Positions 40,844 to 54,648 of a DNA stretch of 64,000 nt are shown here, piece by piece. The notes beneath the pieces were generated by a model, which saw only the letters and a list, made by a program, of their open reading frames with translations, was not told where the DNA came from and did no database searches. The first letter of the stretch is position 1, and every line of letters starts with the position of its first letter. The stretch is from Octopus vulgaris (taxonomy: Eukaryota). The stretch covers positions 81,034,001-81,098,000 of the forward strand of contig OX597824.1 of assembly GCA_951406725.2 (NCBI GenBank). The letters are read 5' to 3'. A program made the position numbers and the translations under genes.

Positions 40844-41904
40844 TCGTTACTCATTTGTAAGACTCTTCGCTAAAATCTCCGTCAAACACACCATGTCGAT
40901 TTTGAGTTACATTAGATAAAATTTGATCCTGGATGGTCATGACTTGAGTGTCTTTGATTGTAGGTTTGATCAGTCTTATTCAGACGTCAAGCAACATCAA
41001 TAAAATGTTATATAGCAACGCATTAATAGATAGTGTCAACGGGAAAAATCTGAAGTAGCGAGGGCATATCACGGAGGAAGTTAGGAAGGCGACGAAAGGA
41101 CATTGACACGAGCATTTAACTGACAGATTCATTAAACGATTAATCTAGTAATTGATTAGTTTATTGGTTAATCGGTTAACTAGTTGACTAACAACAACAA
41201 CAACAGCAACAACAATAATAATAATAATATTGATAATAATAAGAATAATGAAAATGATAATGCTTCTTGTTGAGCAAATTGATCCTTGCATGATATATTA
41301 AACAATAGAGCAAAAATTAAATTAAAATAATTAAAAATCAATAAAGCAAGAAAAAAAATCAATCTGTGCGATTAATAAAAAAACCAGTAACAACAAAAAG
41401 AGGAATGATATTTGCTCCAACAGAAACATATACAGCCACACGCACACACATTACAGCTATACACATACACATGGACGTACATATACTCATGGTTTTGCAC
41501 TCAAGCTAGGAGGAACAAAGGACGAAATGTCGACGATCGATTAAATAAATGGCGTATTTAATATTTCTTTAAAAGTATTTGTTTTTTATGGCTTCATAAA
41601 TCATTGCATAACGTAGGCTTTGAAACTGGATCAGTGTAAAGCTATATAAAATTAATTAAACAAAAATCATTAAACGAGTAAATTAAAAATAATGAGTAAA
41701 TTTTCAAATAGAAGTCTTGCATTAAGCATCTGCTAATCTTCTAAAGCTGCTGGAGATATTATATGTATTAAAATTTTCGCTAATTAAAAACTGTTAGAAC
41801 TATACTCATGGAATATTCTGTATAAATACATATATGCATAATGCATGTATGCATACATATGCATATGAAAATATGTACACACACACATATAAATATAAGC
41901 ATGA

Positions 41905-41946
<42 letters not shown>

Positions 41947-41965
41947 CAATATATATATATATACA

Positions 41966-42095
41966 TAGGCCATTCACCCACTTAGAAATAACAGCCAAAG
42001 TTCAACCGCAAAATAACATTAATTCCGCAAACCAGGAGAAAATTGTTATTTTGGGTTGAGCGTGACACTGTTATTTCTAGTGGGTGAATGGCCTA
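41966..42095. repeat. Hairpin / inverted repeat element
   Basis: ataggccattcacccac(t)tagaaataacag pairs with ctgttatttctagtgggtgaatggcctat. Confidence 0.85.
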
Positions 42096-42222
42096 TTATG
42101 GCCATTCATTGATTGTGATGTTGAACTTATAAATGGTCTATGACTATTTAATTTTTTCCCACTAGGCCGCTGGTGGCAAATAAATTCTACGAAATTTTTT
42201 GCCACCCTATATTGATTAATTA

Positions 42223-42257
<35 letters not shown>

Positions 42258-42640
42258 TTGTAAATAATGCGTTTTTTTTTACTTCTTTTGTTCTTCAAAA
42301 TTAAGAAAAACAAAGTTCTTTTTAATCTAAAATATACTCTCCTTCATTTTCTGCAATGCTCTTCCATATATCTGGTAGACTTGCAACGCCCGTCTTCCAA
42401 AATTCGCTTGCCCGTAACGAAAAGTATTCCCCCGGTACTGTTCTGACCTCCTCTATAGAATTCATATTTTTTCCATCCAAATGATTTTGAAGATTGCAGA
42501 ATAAATGATAATCAGATGGGGCAATGTCCGGCGAATATGGAGGGTGGGACATCGTTTCCCATTCAAACTGCTTCAGCCTTTGAAATGTCATTCTGACTGT
42601 ATGTGACCGAGCATGATCCTGATGGAAGTACACCTTTGGT
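42258..42640 (-). pseudogene. mariner (DD34D) transposase C-terminal fragment
   Basis: YFHQDHARSH...WETMSHPPYSPDIAPSDYHLF. Confidence 0.9.
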
Positions 42641-42654
42641 CTCGAAACCAAAGA

Positions 42655-42975
42655 TGGTCGTTTTTCTTTTATTGCTTTTACTGTCTTGTTTTGTTTTTAC
42701 TGTCCTGTTCTTGTCACCACTTTTACCCCTCCGCAAAAAATCCCAAATGTTATTTAATTTGCTTTGCGGAAAGGACTGTTTCAACGAAGTCGTGTCTTGC
42801 TCTTACCTTCGAAACGTGGAGTAGTCGAAGCAGGGGCAGCTGAAGAAGGGAAATATTCCTTGTGTTGTATGACTTGTACTCTGTTTTGTCGTTGTTTGAA
42901 AAAGTCCGTTTCCTTGTTTTTGTTTTATGTTTTCGTTTCTCATTGTGTTCTACGTTATTTGGTGTCCTGTACCCA
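42655..42975 (+). mobile_element. Penelope-like non-coding repeat (second copy 48562-48712, minus strand)
   Basis: Shared gtcgaa(g/c)caggggcagctga(a/t)gaaggg and tgtgttctacgtt...gtgtcctgtac. Confidence 0.6.
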
Positions 42976-43106
42976 TATATGCATGTATATATACATATAG
43001 ACGTAGTTATGTACATATATGTATGTATATATGCATATGTTTTATTTATAAATTTGTTATTATATATATATACACATGTATGTATACACACAGGCACACA
43101 CACGCT

Positions 43107-43141
<35 letters not shown>

Positions 43142-43732
43142 ATATAAAGGCACATAGCTATGCATGTATGAGTATATATAAATGACTAAATCTACCGTAC
43201 CATATCTTTGTATATCACCCCAGCCCAGAACGCTACAAAACCTATTAGATTTTAATTAATCATCCGTGTGTCTAATGTGTCTTCATATAATTATTGGAGT
43301 ATAGCTATCTCATCCAAACACACACACACACACATACACACTCATAGGCCTTTCTTCCTTGTTTTGTTCTTCACCTTCTTCACCTTCCCTACATCTCTAC
43401 ATACTCGTTCATAGTTTCGTCCCCCCCACACACACTCATATACATACACTCACACAGAAATGTAAACACAGATATATATGTGTGTGTGTGTTTGTGTGGG
43501 TGTGCTTGAGCATATATGCTGTGTGTGCGTCAATGTCTGTGCGTGACTGCTTGTGTATCTGTGTATGCATACATGTTCTTCACAGTGTAATTATCATTTT
43601 CTTTAGAACTCAGATCGAGTGGAAAGATATGTTTATAAAATAAGCGAACAATATACAATCTCTATAGATCTCTCTCTCTCTATCTATCTCTCTCGCTGTC
43701 TATCTGTCTATTCTATTATCTCTCTCTTTCTC

Positions 43733-43893
<161 letters not shown>

Positions 43894-43903
43894 GTGTGTG
43901 TAT

Positions 43904-44068
43904 AGGCACAGGGGAGGCTGTGTGGTAAGTAGCTTGCTTACAACCACATGGTTTCGGATTCAGTTCCACTGCGTGGTACCTTGGGCAAGTGTCTTCTACT
44001 GTAGCCTCGGGCCGACCAAAGCCTTGTGGGTAGATTTGGTAGACGGAAACTGAAAGAAGCCCGTCGTA

Positions 44069-44121
<53 letters not shown>

Positions 44122-44292
44122 ATATGTGTATGTATTTGGTGTGTTTACATCCCCGTAACTTAGCGGTTCGACAAAAGAGATCGATTGAATAAGTACTAGG
44201 CTAACAAAAAATATGTCCTGGCGTCGATTTCTTCAACTAAACGCGGTGCTCCATTATGCCTGCAGTCAAATGACTGAAACAAGTAAAAGAGT
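43904..44292 (+). mobile_element. SINE family A
   Basis: Head, body and tail motifs. Confidence 0.85.
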
Positions 44293-44314
44293 ATATATAT
44301 ATATATATATATAT

Positions 44315-44393
<79 letters not shown>

Positions 44394-45994
44394 TAGATAG
44401 ATACATTCAAGCATAGAAATGCTTTTAATTCTCTCTCTCTCTCTCTTTCTGTCTCTCTCTCTCTGAAGATGATAGATATCTTGGCTTGCTAATCTTGTCT
44501 CATTCTACTCTGCTTCTCCGTTCTCTAATCTTTAATCCATGTTCAGCGGCATTGGTTTCCATGTAAAAAAGAAACAAACCAAAAACAAAGCGAAAACAAA
44601 ATAAAAACAATCACAAAAACAAACAACTCAAAAAGAGAAATGAAATTAAAACAAGGAAACTTCCTTCCTGTTGATTCCTGACTTAAATACAATTTTCTCA
44701 ATTTTTACCGAAAGAAGAGAATTCAGTATTGAGTATGTGAGGTGGGATGCGATTTATTTGAAAACAAGAATGATAACGAAATAGAAATGAAAGCTTGATT
44801 AAATCCTTTTAAAATGCATGAATCCCGAACGCCAACAGTTTGTAGTGTCTTCCCTGTCTATCAGCTTGAAGGACAGATCGCTCGCTCATTTGTTTTGTCC
44901 GCCATTTTGTTTCTTTTTTAGTTGCTTTTCTCATCTGTTTACTGACTGATAATTCTTTGTGTTTTGCGTTCATGTTTGTTGTTTAAATTTATTTTTCAAA
45001 GATTTAGTTTTTGGTTTTGGCTACGTATGATTTTCTTTGTTTCTTAAAAATAAACAACCCTAAAAAAACTAACTATTCTCCTTAAATTTGTTTTCATAAT
45101 ATTCTCGATTCGAATGGTTCTGAAGTAGTGCGCATTATATGCAGAATGATGCAATCCATGTTAAGCAGCATTATGGCAATGTCATGTTGTTACAATATGA
45201 TGTCAATAAAGAAACAACACGCGCCCAAAGAAAATGAGAATTAGAATTAAAACGGAAAATTCTTGAACATTTTTTTTGCCTGCTTAATATATTTTTATTT
45301 ATAAATTCCAAGTCTCTCGGTCTTTACACAAATGTTTAAACATTGAATAAAAGAATGTTTAACACAAGGTCAGATATAAAATCAAAAGGACGTTCGAATG
45401 GGATCATAATGACATTAATTCTGATATAAATATATCTAGGATTACATGAATCAATGTTTGCTTTGTTTTATATTTTCTTTGCTTTACTGAAAAACACAAC
45501 ATCCCAGCTTCTCCAAGACCCAAGGCCAGCCGTTCAAGAATTTGGACCTGGAGATCACCATTTCCAGCGACTTCGAGGGCTACCTCCTAGTGGTGTCAGG
45601 CGTCAACGAAGAGCCCTTGACTACAACAAGACGATCAAAGTTTTTTTCAAGGTCTGGGGTCTCCCGCCCCTAAGCCCTAGACCATCAGCTAATCACCCTT
45701 ACCCGTCTTGTTGCTTAACAGCAACAACAACAACAGACCCAAGGCCATAACTTCTGCATCCTCATTTTCATTTGGATTGTCATCACATATGCTAGTTAAA
45801 CCTATTGAAGGAACCGTGACAGGCGCTACTGCACCGGGCCAGAGTAGACCTAGGAAAATAGTGAGTAAGGGGTAGTTGCATTCTCCTGAAAACCATGGAT
45901 CTTTTTAACCGGAGTCCCACTAAAGGATGCAGTTTGACGTAATACCCAGAACATGCATACGTACATACATACTTATAAATGTATATGAGATGGA

Positions 45995-46325
45995 CTCTCT
46001 CGTCGTTAGACGACGTATGAAGGTTCGAGAATTTCTTACCGAACAACCACTCAGATGATTAGTGATCAAATGTTTGTGTAGACATAAGCTCACTCCCTCC
46101 ACCTGACCGACATTACCTGTACAGGTGCAACTGGTGACACATGTGAGATGACGAAATGGTCGCAGAGCAACGTGAAATGAAGTGCTTTGCTCAAGAACAC
46201 AAGCTGGGATGTTGTGTTCTTCAGTAAAGCAAAGAAAATATAAAACAAAGCAAACATTGGGAATCGAACCCACGATCTTGTAATCGTGACTGCAACACAA
46301 TAACCACTGAACCACGCGCCTTCAC
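45995..46325 (-). mobile_element. SINE (family D-like) carrying a 59-bp foreign insert
   Basis: Head gtgaaggcgcgtggttcagtgg...gggttcgattccc; core gtgttcttgagcaaagcacttcatttcacgttgctc. Confidence 0.75.
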
Positions 46326-47096
46326 ACACACACACACACACATACGTATGTGCGTACATTCACGTTTCTCTTGCCTGGATAAGAACTAAGATTCTTGAGC
46401 TAAGATGCACGGTTTCGACATACTTTTGGAGCCCAGAGGAATTGCATTGCAACCTCCGAATACCTCTTATCCTTGTCTTCATCGTGGTGGTGGTGGTGGT
46501 GGTCATGGTGATGGTTGTGGTAGTCATTATCATCATCATCATCTTTCTCACCGTCGCCGTCGTCGTCGTCGTCATCATCATCATCACCACCACCATCATC
46601 ATCCTCATCCTCCTCATCATCATCATCATCTTCATCGTCGTCGTTATCATCGTTATCATCATCATCATCATCATCGTAGTGTCTCATTTATAATAGCCAT
46701 ATTAACTGCAACTTCACCGTCAAATGAACCTCAAAATATTCTTATCACCACCATTACCCTCACCGTCACCACCACCACCAACACCGCCGTCACTACTATC
46801 ACCACACTCCTCATCCCCACGACTACCATTGTCCTACTATCAGCACAACCAGCACTATTACTTAACCCCCAACACAACCACTACCATCAAACATAACGGC
46901 AAGACCAACGCCTATACGACCATAGGATAAAAATCACCATCCCAATAGTTTTTATGGCAAACCGACATGTAGACGAATTTTAAAAATAAATTAGTCCATT
47001 CGTTCACTGTAAACCAATACAAATATACGCATGCACACACACACATACACAAACATACATGCACACTTATATATACATATGATATATGTATATATA

Positions 47097-47138
<42 letters not shown>

Positions 47139-47181
47139 TAAACTTTCTCGTTATATATTTATATATATATATATATTTATT

Positions 47182-47215
<34 letters not shown>

Positions 47216-47297
47216 TTATATATATATATATGTACATAGAAGTAAATATATGGCACAACGAAGTATATAAAAATACTCTCGTATTGCATTTTTATAC

Positions 47298-47389
<92 letters not shown>

Positions 47390-47570
47390 ATGTATATACG
47401 AGTGTATGTCTATAGCCGGACTATTCGTTTTTATTATTGGTTTGCAGAGCGGAAATAATAAGGAAGCCATCAACAATTGCGAGATAAGGTGAAATATCTG
47501 GAGGAGGAACTGATTGTATAGGCAAATTTTATTCTTGGAATTTTACCAAAATTTCTGTAAATGTATAATA

Positions 47571-47635
<65 letters not shown>

Positions 47636-48199
47636 AAAATAAAGGCATGAACAAATAAGTACAACACTGGCAAGTGTTCGAAAACAAACTCCAAAAGCCA
47701 AATGGATGAATAGCAAACAAGACCAAAAAAAAAAAAATAAAGGCAGAATATAAAAACAGAGATAATCAGTCATCTTATATTATAAGCCATCTTGGTTAAT
47801 TCTCTTCAAAAATTTTTTGCTTGCCGTTTCGTGCTTTATCCTAACCTGAGAATCAATGAGACTGTCAAGTATTGTTAGGTTCCGTATAAAAATGACCGTT
47901 TTATCTTTCCTGTAAAAGAAGTTATTCATCATAATTTTATTTCTCTTTGCGTTTTATTACTGTTTCTTTTCTTTCTTTTTAGCTGTTTTAGTTTTTTTTT
48001 TTTTGGTACTGCTTTTGGAAACGTCTAAGTGTATTCGATCGAAATTAAACGGTTTATCTACGTGTATCTATTATATTAGGATTCATTATTATGTATGTCT
48101 ATAAATGCACTAATATTTCCACATCTAGGCATTATGTGTGCGTACATATTTAATTATGTATGCAGGATTGTGTGTATATATTTATATAAATATATATAC

Positions 48200-48282
<83 letters not shown>

Positions 48283-48286
48283 ATAT

Positions 48287-48327
<41 letters not shown>

Positions 48328-48500
48328 AGGCACACAGATATATAGATGTGTATGTCTATGTGAACATGTACATATATCTGCATATCTACACACACACACA
48401 CACACACACATATACATATATAACAATATAATAAATAAATAAAACATATGCATATATACATACATATATGTACATACTTACATCTATATGTATTTATACA

Positions 48501-48564
<64 letters not shown>

Positions 48565-48830
48565 TACAGGACACCACAAATAAACGTAGAACACAACGAG
48601 AAACGTAAACATAAAATCACACAGGGAAACGGACTTTTTTTAACAACGAAAAAACAGGACAAACAATAAAAGGAAAATTCCCCTTCATCAGCTGCCCCTG
48701 GTTCGACTCAATGCATATATAGTGGAATTGGAATGTTCAGTGATCCTCAAAATAATTAGTAATATTTTGCGAGTACTCGGGAAACGTCGGTCTGAAGAAC
48801 CGACGGAAAATCTTGCCTGTTTTACACACA

Positions 48831-48978
48831 CTGTGTCACGCTGAATGTCCCTGAGAACTACGTTAAGGGTACACGTGTCTGTAGAGTATTCAGCCACTTG
48901 CACGTTAATTTCACGTACAGCCTGTTCCTTTGATCGGATGAACTGGAACCCTCATCGTCGTAAGCGACGGAGTGCCAA
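48831..48978 (+). mobile_element. SINE family C tail type 2 fragment
   Basis: Matches the reverse complement of 15565-15710. Confidence 0.8.
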
Positions 48979-49554
48979 CAAACAAACAAAACATATAATC
49001 TTCATTTTTATAACTATGATATATAGAATGTTCCGAATTTAGAAGTAGTTCGTGTATCTTTACGTTCAGATTTCAAATTCCACCGACGTCGACTTCGCCT
49101 TTCATCCATTCGGGGTCGATAAATTAAGTACTAGTTGCATACTGGGGTCAATCAGAGCAGTTATGTGAAGTATTGTGTTTATTTATTGAAAGTTGAATCT
49201 AAGGAATAACAAAAAATTCGGACCTTGTACCTAGAGCAGAAAAGAATTTAGAAGCAGTTGATATATAGTACTGCAAACCAAGGCTGGTGAATAAATATGG
49301 ATTAAAGTACTGTTGTTTTCTGAAGATCTGGTTTCCCGTAGTGATTAAGTTATTTACTAGTGACACACGTGTAAAGTGTACGCAATATATGATGTGTTAA
49401 TACAAAGACAAACTAAATCTTGTGCTTATTTTGTTCTCAGATATACGCTTTGTAACTTTGTCAACTGTATATAATAGGGAAAAAAAGGAAAGGAAAAAAT
49501 CGAAGAGCAGATTATGTTTTAAAATTGATTGGAATTAAGAATAAAACGATAAGC

Positions 49555-49843
49555 ATCACTCTTTTCAAGCCTAGCCAAACTCATGGGCCCGGTTTCCCGG
49601 TTTCTGTGGTGTATGTGTGTCCCTCCACCCAGCTGAACGGGATGCCAGTCCATCACAGCGTTACTCAAGAAACAGGAAGAGAGAGTGTGAGAAAGCAGTG
49701 GCGAAAGAGTACAACAGGGGTCGCCACCACCCTCTGCCGGAGTCTCGATGAGCTTTTATGTGTCTGCGCTCAATAAACACACACAACACCCGGTTTGGGA
49801 ATCGAAACTGCGATCCACCGACCACTGGGCCATTGCGCCACCA
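49555..49843 (-). mobile_element. SINE family C, tail type 3
   Basis: Family C head with an internal deletion, followed by gatggactggcatcccgttcag...gaaaccgggaaaccgggccc. Confidence 0.75.
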
Positions 49844-50804
49844 CAAAATGTTGGAAGGCGAAATAGCATTTGAATTCAGAGCGTGAAATGCTGGAAGAAA
49901 TGCCGGAATTAAGAATACACGGATTTAAATAGAGTTCAAAACATCGCGCTATCTCATTCGAAATAGCGGATTTTTCAATGCATACACACACGAGCGAGAG
50001 CACATGGACGCGCACAAACAATTTATTGACCCAATATTCAAATAAATAATAATTAGGAGCATTGAGTACGGTATCAAAGACTAGTTTAACGAAACCACAC
50101 ACATACACACATACGCGGGCACACACTCTCATACACACACACACACACCACTCACACATAAACACACTCATATATGGGTGTGAATACACACGCAGGTACA
50201 CACGTGCGCCCAGAATTGCAGAATTAAGTGACGTAACGGCGCATTAGCAATTCAAGTATCCTCGATGTGAACTTTGATTTTTCTATATATGTTACATTGA
50301 TAAATTATTTATGAGATATTAAGTAGAATTGAGTTAATCGTCAATATTGCATTTCCTGCTATCTTGTGTAATTGAGTGTTGAAGTTGTATATATACATAC
50401 ATGCATATTTATAATGTATATCATATATGTACACACACACACACACACACACGCACATATATATATGTATACATGTATGTCTTATACACACTCACACATA
50501 TACATAGATTTACATATGCTTTATATATATACACAATATATGTATATATACATACATACACAAACATTACGTATATATATATATATATATGCTTTATATA
50601 TATATATATATACATACATTCACACGTATATATATACACACATGTATATAAAATATATATGTATATGCTTTATGCATATAAACACATATGTATGTATATA
50701 TGTATGTCTTATACACACTCACACATATACATAGATTTATATATGCTTTATGTATATAAAAAATATATATATATGCTTTATGCATATAAACTACATATTT
50801 ATGC

Positions 50805-50835
<31 letters not shown>

Positions 50836-51627
50836 CATACACACACAAATATATATATGCTTTATATATATAGAATATATATATATATATAAATATATAT
50901 ATACGTATATATACACGTACGTACATACATACATACATACATGCATACATACATACATACATGTCCATACACACGCACACGCACACGCACACATATATAA
51001 ATGCAGTGTTTTATACAAGCGTACACACATTCACACAGTCCTACGCCTGGAACCGTTACTTTATGTAATCGTCTTAAACCCTTTAAGACGTAGCAGCTAA
51101 TGCGAAGTATTTAGTTTATTCAGCGAAAGTTAGAACTAAGGAACAACACAGAAAGTACATACTAATATGTATGTATATATAGTTCTATGTAGGCTCTTAT
51201 ACATATATGTGTTTACGTATGCATACACACAGACAGACGCGTATACTCACAGACAAAAACACAGACAAAGACACACACACAGACACACACACGTGATATT
51301 TTTCTGTTATCGGTTTCAGCTCAAAGCTGCGGCCATGTTTTGCTACAGTTATTATTGAGAACTTCATCTCAACTGTGGCATTTGATGAAGAAGGATGTAT
51401 GATTTCGCTACTCATATTTGCGCATTAGGTTCATCCTCCGAATTAGGTTCATCTGGAACTGTTGACAGGAAGAGATCCAATTTTGTTTTGGAAATATCTA
51501 CATCCATTTTCTGTAGATCCCTCTGTCATTATTCCACTAGTTCCATTGATAGTCACAAATAAGTGAGTTCAAAGCCCACTGGTATCGGCTTTGTCATTTA
51601 AATCCTCTGGGATGGAATAGAAATATG

Positions 51628-52073
51628 GGATATTTTCGGTTTGACCGGCAGTTTTTAAAAATAATTTCTACGTAACTAAACACTTTTAAACTTCGCATAC
51701 TGGTAGAATGTATTTATAAAACATCTTTTTCTCTTGGCTTTATTGAGAAAATTCTATAGTTTGTAAGATATTTGTTGTTTTTTTCTTCAATTTCTGCGAT
51801 TTCAACCAATCAATGACGTCTATTGAGGTGAAAACATTCTGTGCCGTATGAATATGTCCCTCGTTTAAGAAACAGATTGGGTTTATTTACATTTCTGAAG
51901 AAAAAAAAAGATACCCTTCCCCCACCCCTAACCCTAACCCTAACTAACCCTAACTCTAACCCTAACCCTAAAACAGATTGAAATGCAATAGATCGATAGT
52001 AGGGTCATAATTATGGGTGACAATTTCATATAACATCGCTAGAAAAAAACTGCCGTTCAAACCGAAAAGATCC
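51628..52073. mobile_element. MITE with 8-bp TSD (Merlin-like) carrying telomeric (TAACCC)n
   Basis: TIRs ggatattttcggtttgaccggcagttttt / aaaaactgccgttcaaaccgaaaagatcc; TSD gaaatatg; ccctaa repeats at 51926-51971. Confidence 0.85.
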
Positions 52074-52304
52074 GAAATATGTCCTGAAACAAGGTTAAAT
52101 CCATCACATGACGTTATGCAAATGCGTAAAGCCAAGTTTTTGAACTACGTATAAAATTTTAATTTATGCAAGAATACGTGCATGCGTGTCTGTATGAAAA
52201 TGTGTGTGCGTGTCTATATATGTCTATATATGTATGCATATGTGTGTATATGTGCGTACGTGTGTGTTTATCCATCTGTGTATGTGTGTACGTGAATGGG
52301 TACA

Positions 52305-52522
52305 CTCTCTTTACTCTTTTACTTGTTTCAGTCATTTGACTGCGGCCATGCTGGAGCACCGCCTTTAGTCGAGCAAATCGATCCCGGGACTTATTCTTTG
52401 TAAGCCCAGTACTTATTCTATCGGTCTCTTTTGCCGAACCGCTAAGTTACGGGGACGTAAACACACCAGCATCGGTTGTCAAGCAATGCTAGGAGGACAA
52501 ACACAGACACACAAACACACAC

Positions 52523-52555
<33 letters not shown>

Positions 52556-53008
52556 CGACGGGCTTCTTTCAGTTTCCGTCTACCAAATCCACTCACAAGG
52601 CATTGGTCGGCCCGGGGCTATAGTAGAAGACACTTGCCCAAGATGCCACGCAGTGGGACTGAACCCGGAACCATGTGGCTGGTTAGCAAGCTACTTACTT
52701 TGTAAGCCCAGTACTTATTCTATCGGTCTCTTTTGCCGAACGGGGACGTAAACACACCAGAATCGGTTGTCAAGCAATGCTAGGGGGACAAACACAGATA
52801 CACAAACATATACACACACATACATATACATATATACACATATACGACAGGCTTCTTTCAGTTTCTGTTTACCAAATCCACTCACAAGGCATTAGTTGGG
52901 CCGGGGCTATAGCAGAAGACACTTGCCCAAGATGCCATGCAGTGGGACTGAACCCGGAACCATGTGGTTGGTAAGCAAGCTACTTACCACACAGCCACTC
53001 CTGCGCCT
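52305..53008 (-). mobile_element. SINE family A with an internal tandem duplication of about 300 bp
   Basis: Body segment ctttgtaagcccagtac...agcaagctactta occurs twice (52396 and 52698). Confidence 0.85.
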
Positions 53009-53616
53009 ATGGTATACTATTTACAAATCTGTATGCAGGAATAAATTTTATGTTACATACACGCACACACCCGCACATACACATGCGCGCGCACATGCGC
53101 TCACACGTCTTGGCTGCTACAACAAGCTTCCAAATGTCACCCCCCCCATTCGATCAAACTTATGATGAGTGCATTCCAATTGTGACCATGTCGTCTGTTT
53201 AGTGTACAATATATCTAGAACTACATTATATTTTTGTGCCATTTCATTGCAATAAGGTGTGGTTTGGAGAGAGACATCACTGTTTTTTCTAGCCATTACA
53301 TAGCTTCCTTCGTTAACTCAGCATATATGCACAGTAATGTATGCTAATGTATGTTAATGCATGCAATGAGACGGTCAGATTTCCAACGCGAGGTTTATGT
53401 ATTCTGTAACTAATCTGATTTGCTCTCTCTATTTACGTTGAAGCTGACTAATAAGTCGAATTGGCAGTATGGACGCCAGCTGTGTAGTGCGTAACAGAAT
53501 CAATTTAGAGAACCCGGGCGTAGTAAGAGCGTTGCTAAATAATATATGTCCAGTACAGGCGCTTGTGAATCTGTGTATTTACATCCAGTAATCCAGCCAT
53601 CCATCGATCTACCTAT

Positions 53617-53704
<88 letters not shown>

Positions 53705-53710
53705 GTACGT

Positions 53711-54024
53711 CGAGGCGCAATGGCCCAGTTGTTAGGGCATCAGAATTGCGGTCGTAGGATCGCGGTTTCGATTCCCAGACCGGGCGTTGTGAGTGTTTAT
53801 TGAGCGAAAACACCCAAAGCTCCACGAGGCTCCGGCAGTGGTCGGTCGGTGGCGATCCCTGTTGTACTCTTTCGCCACAACTTTCTCTCACACCTTCTTC
53901 TGTTGACCTGCTCGCTTAGCCAGCGGGGAGGCGTCATTTGAAGGCTAAAACAATGCGAAGTGCATTGTGACCAGCGATGTGCAGCAACATCTGATAGCCT
54001 AGTCAGTCACGGTGATCACGGTGA
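53711..54024 (+). mobile_element. SINE family C, tail type 1
   Basis: Matches 14832-15141. Confidence 0.85.
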
Positions 54025-54034
54025 CACACACACA

Positions 54035-54094
<60 letters not shown>

Positions 54095-54095
<1 letters not shown>

Positions 54096-54614
54096 TAAGG
54101 TATGTAGAAAAATACAACATGGACAAGAACGTATAACTCTTAGAAGACGACACAATAAACACGGACAGGACATTCGAAACCCTCAGTCTTCAGTCAAGAA
54201 CCGGATCATCGTAGTAATTTCGGCTGATTAATCTTGAGATTACTAGATCACGGCCAGCCCTCCAAGAAAAACCAAGCAACGAGCATTAGAAAAACTAAGC
54301 TGGAAGCGTAGATTTCCTGGAAGAAGGATCGAATGCATACGAACACCAGGACAGCAAAAGGGACAGATATAAAAAAACAAAAAACAATAATGGAATACAG
54401 AAACATGAAATACAGAAGCATTAACGGTGAAAACAACAGTGTCTTACGACTGATAACAAGCAAACAAATTTTTTCTCTGGCGCAATGGAAAAAGCCTTTA
54501 TAGTGGCGGACGAAAACAGCGATGTTAACAGAACGAGGGTCAGAAGCTGAAAGGCAGATTTCGGCCAACAGTCACGTGACAGAGAAGAGGGAAAAGAAAA
54601 GAAAGAGAAGCAAA

Positions 54615-54648
<34 letters not shown>

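Noticed and set aside
51926-51971. Chromosome end or fusion site
   Set aside because: Short, imperfect and enclosed in a TIR element with a TSD.
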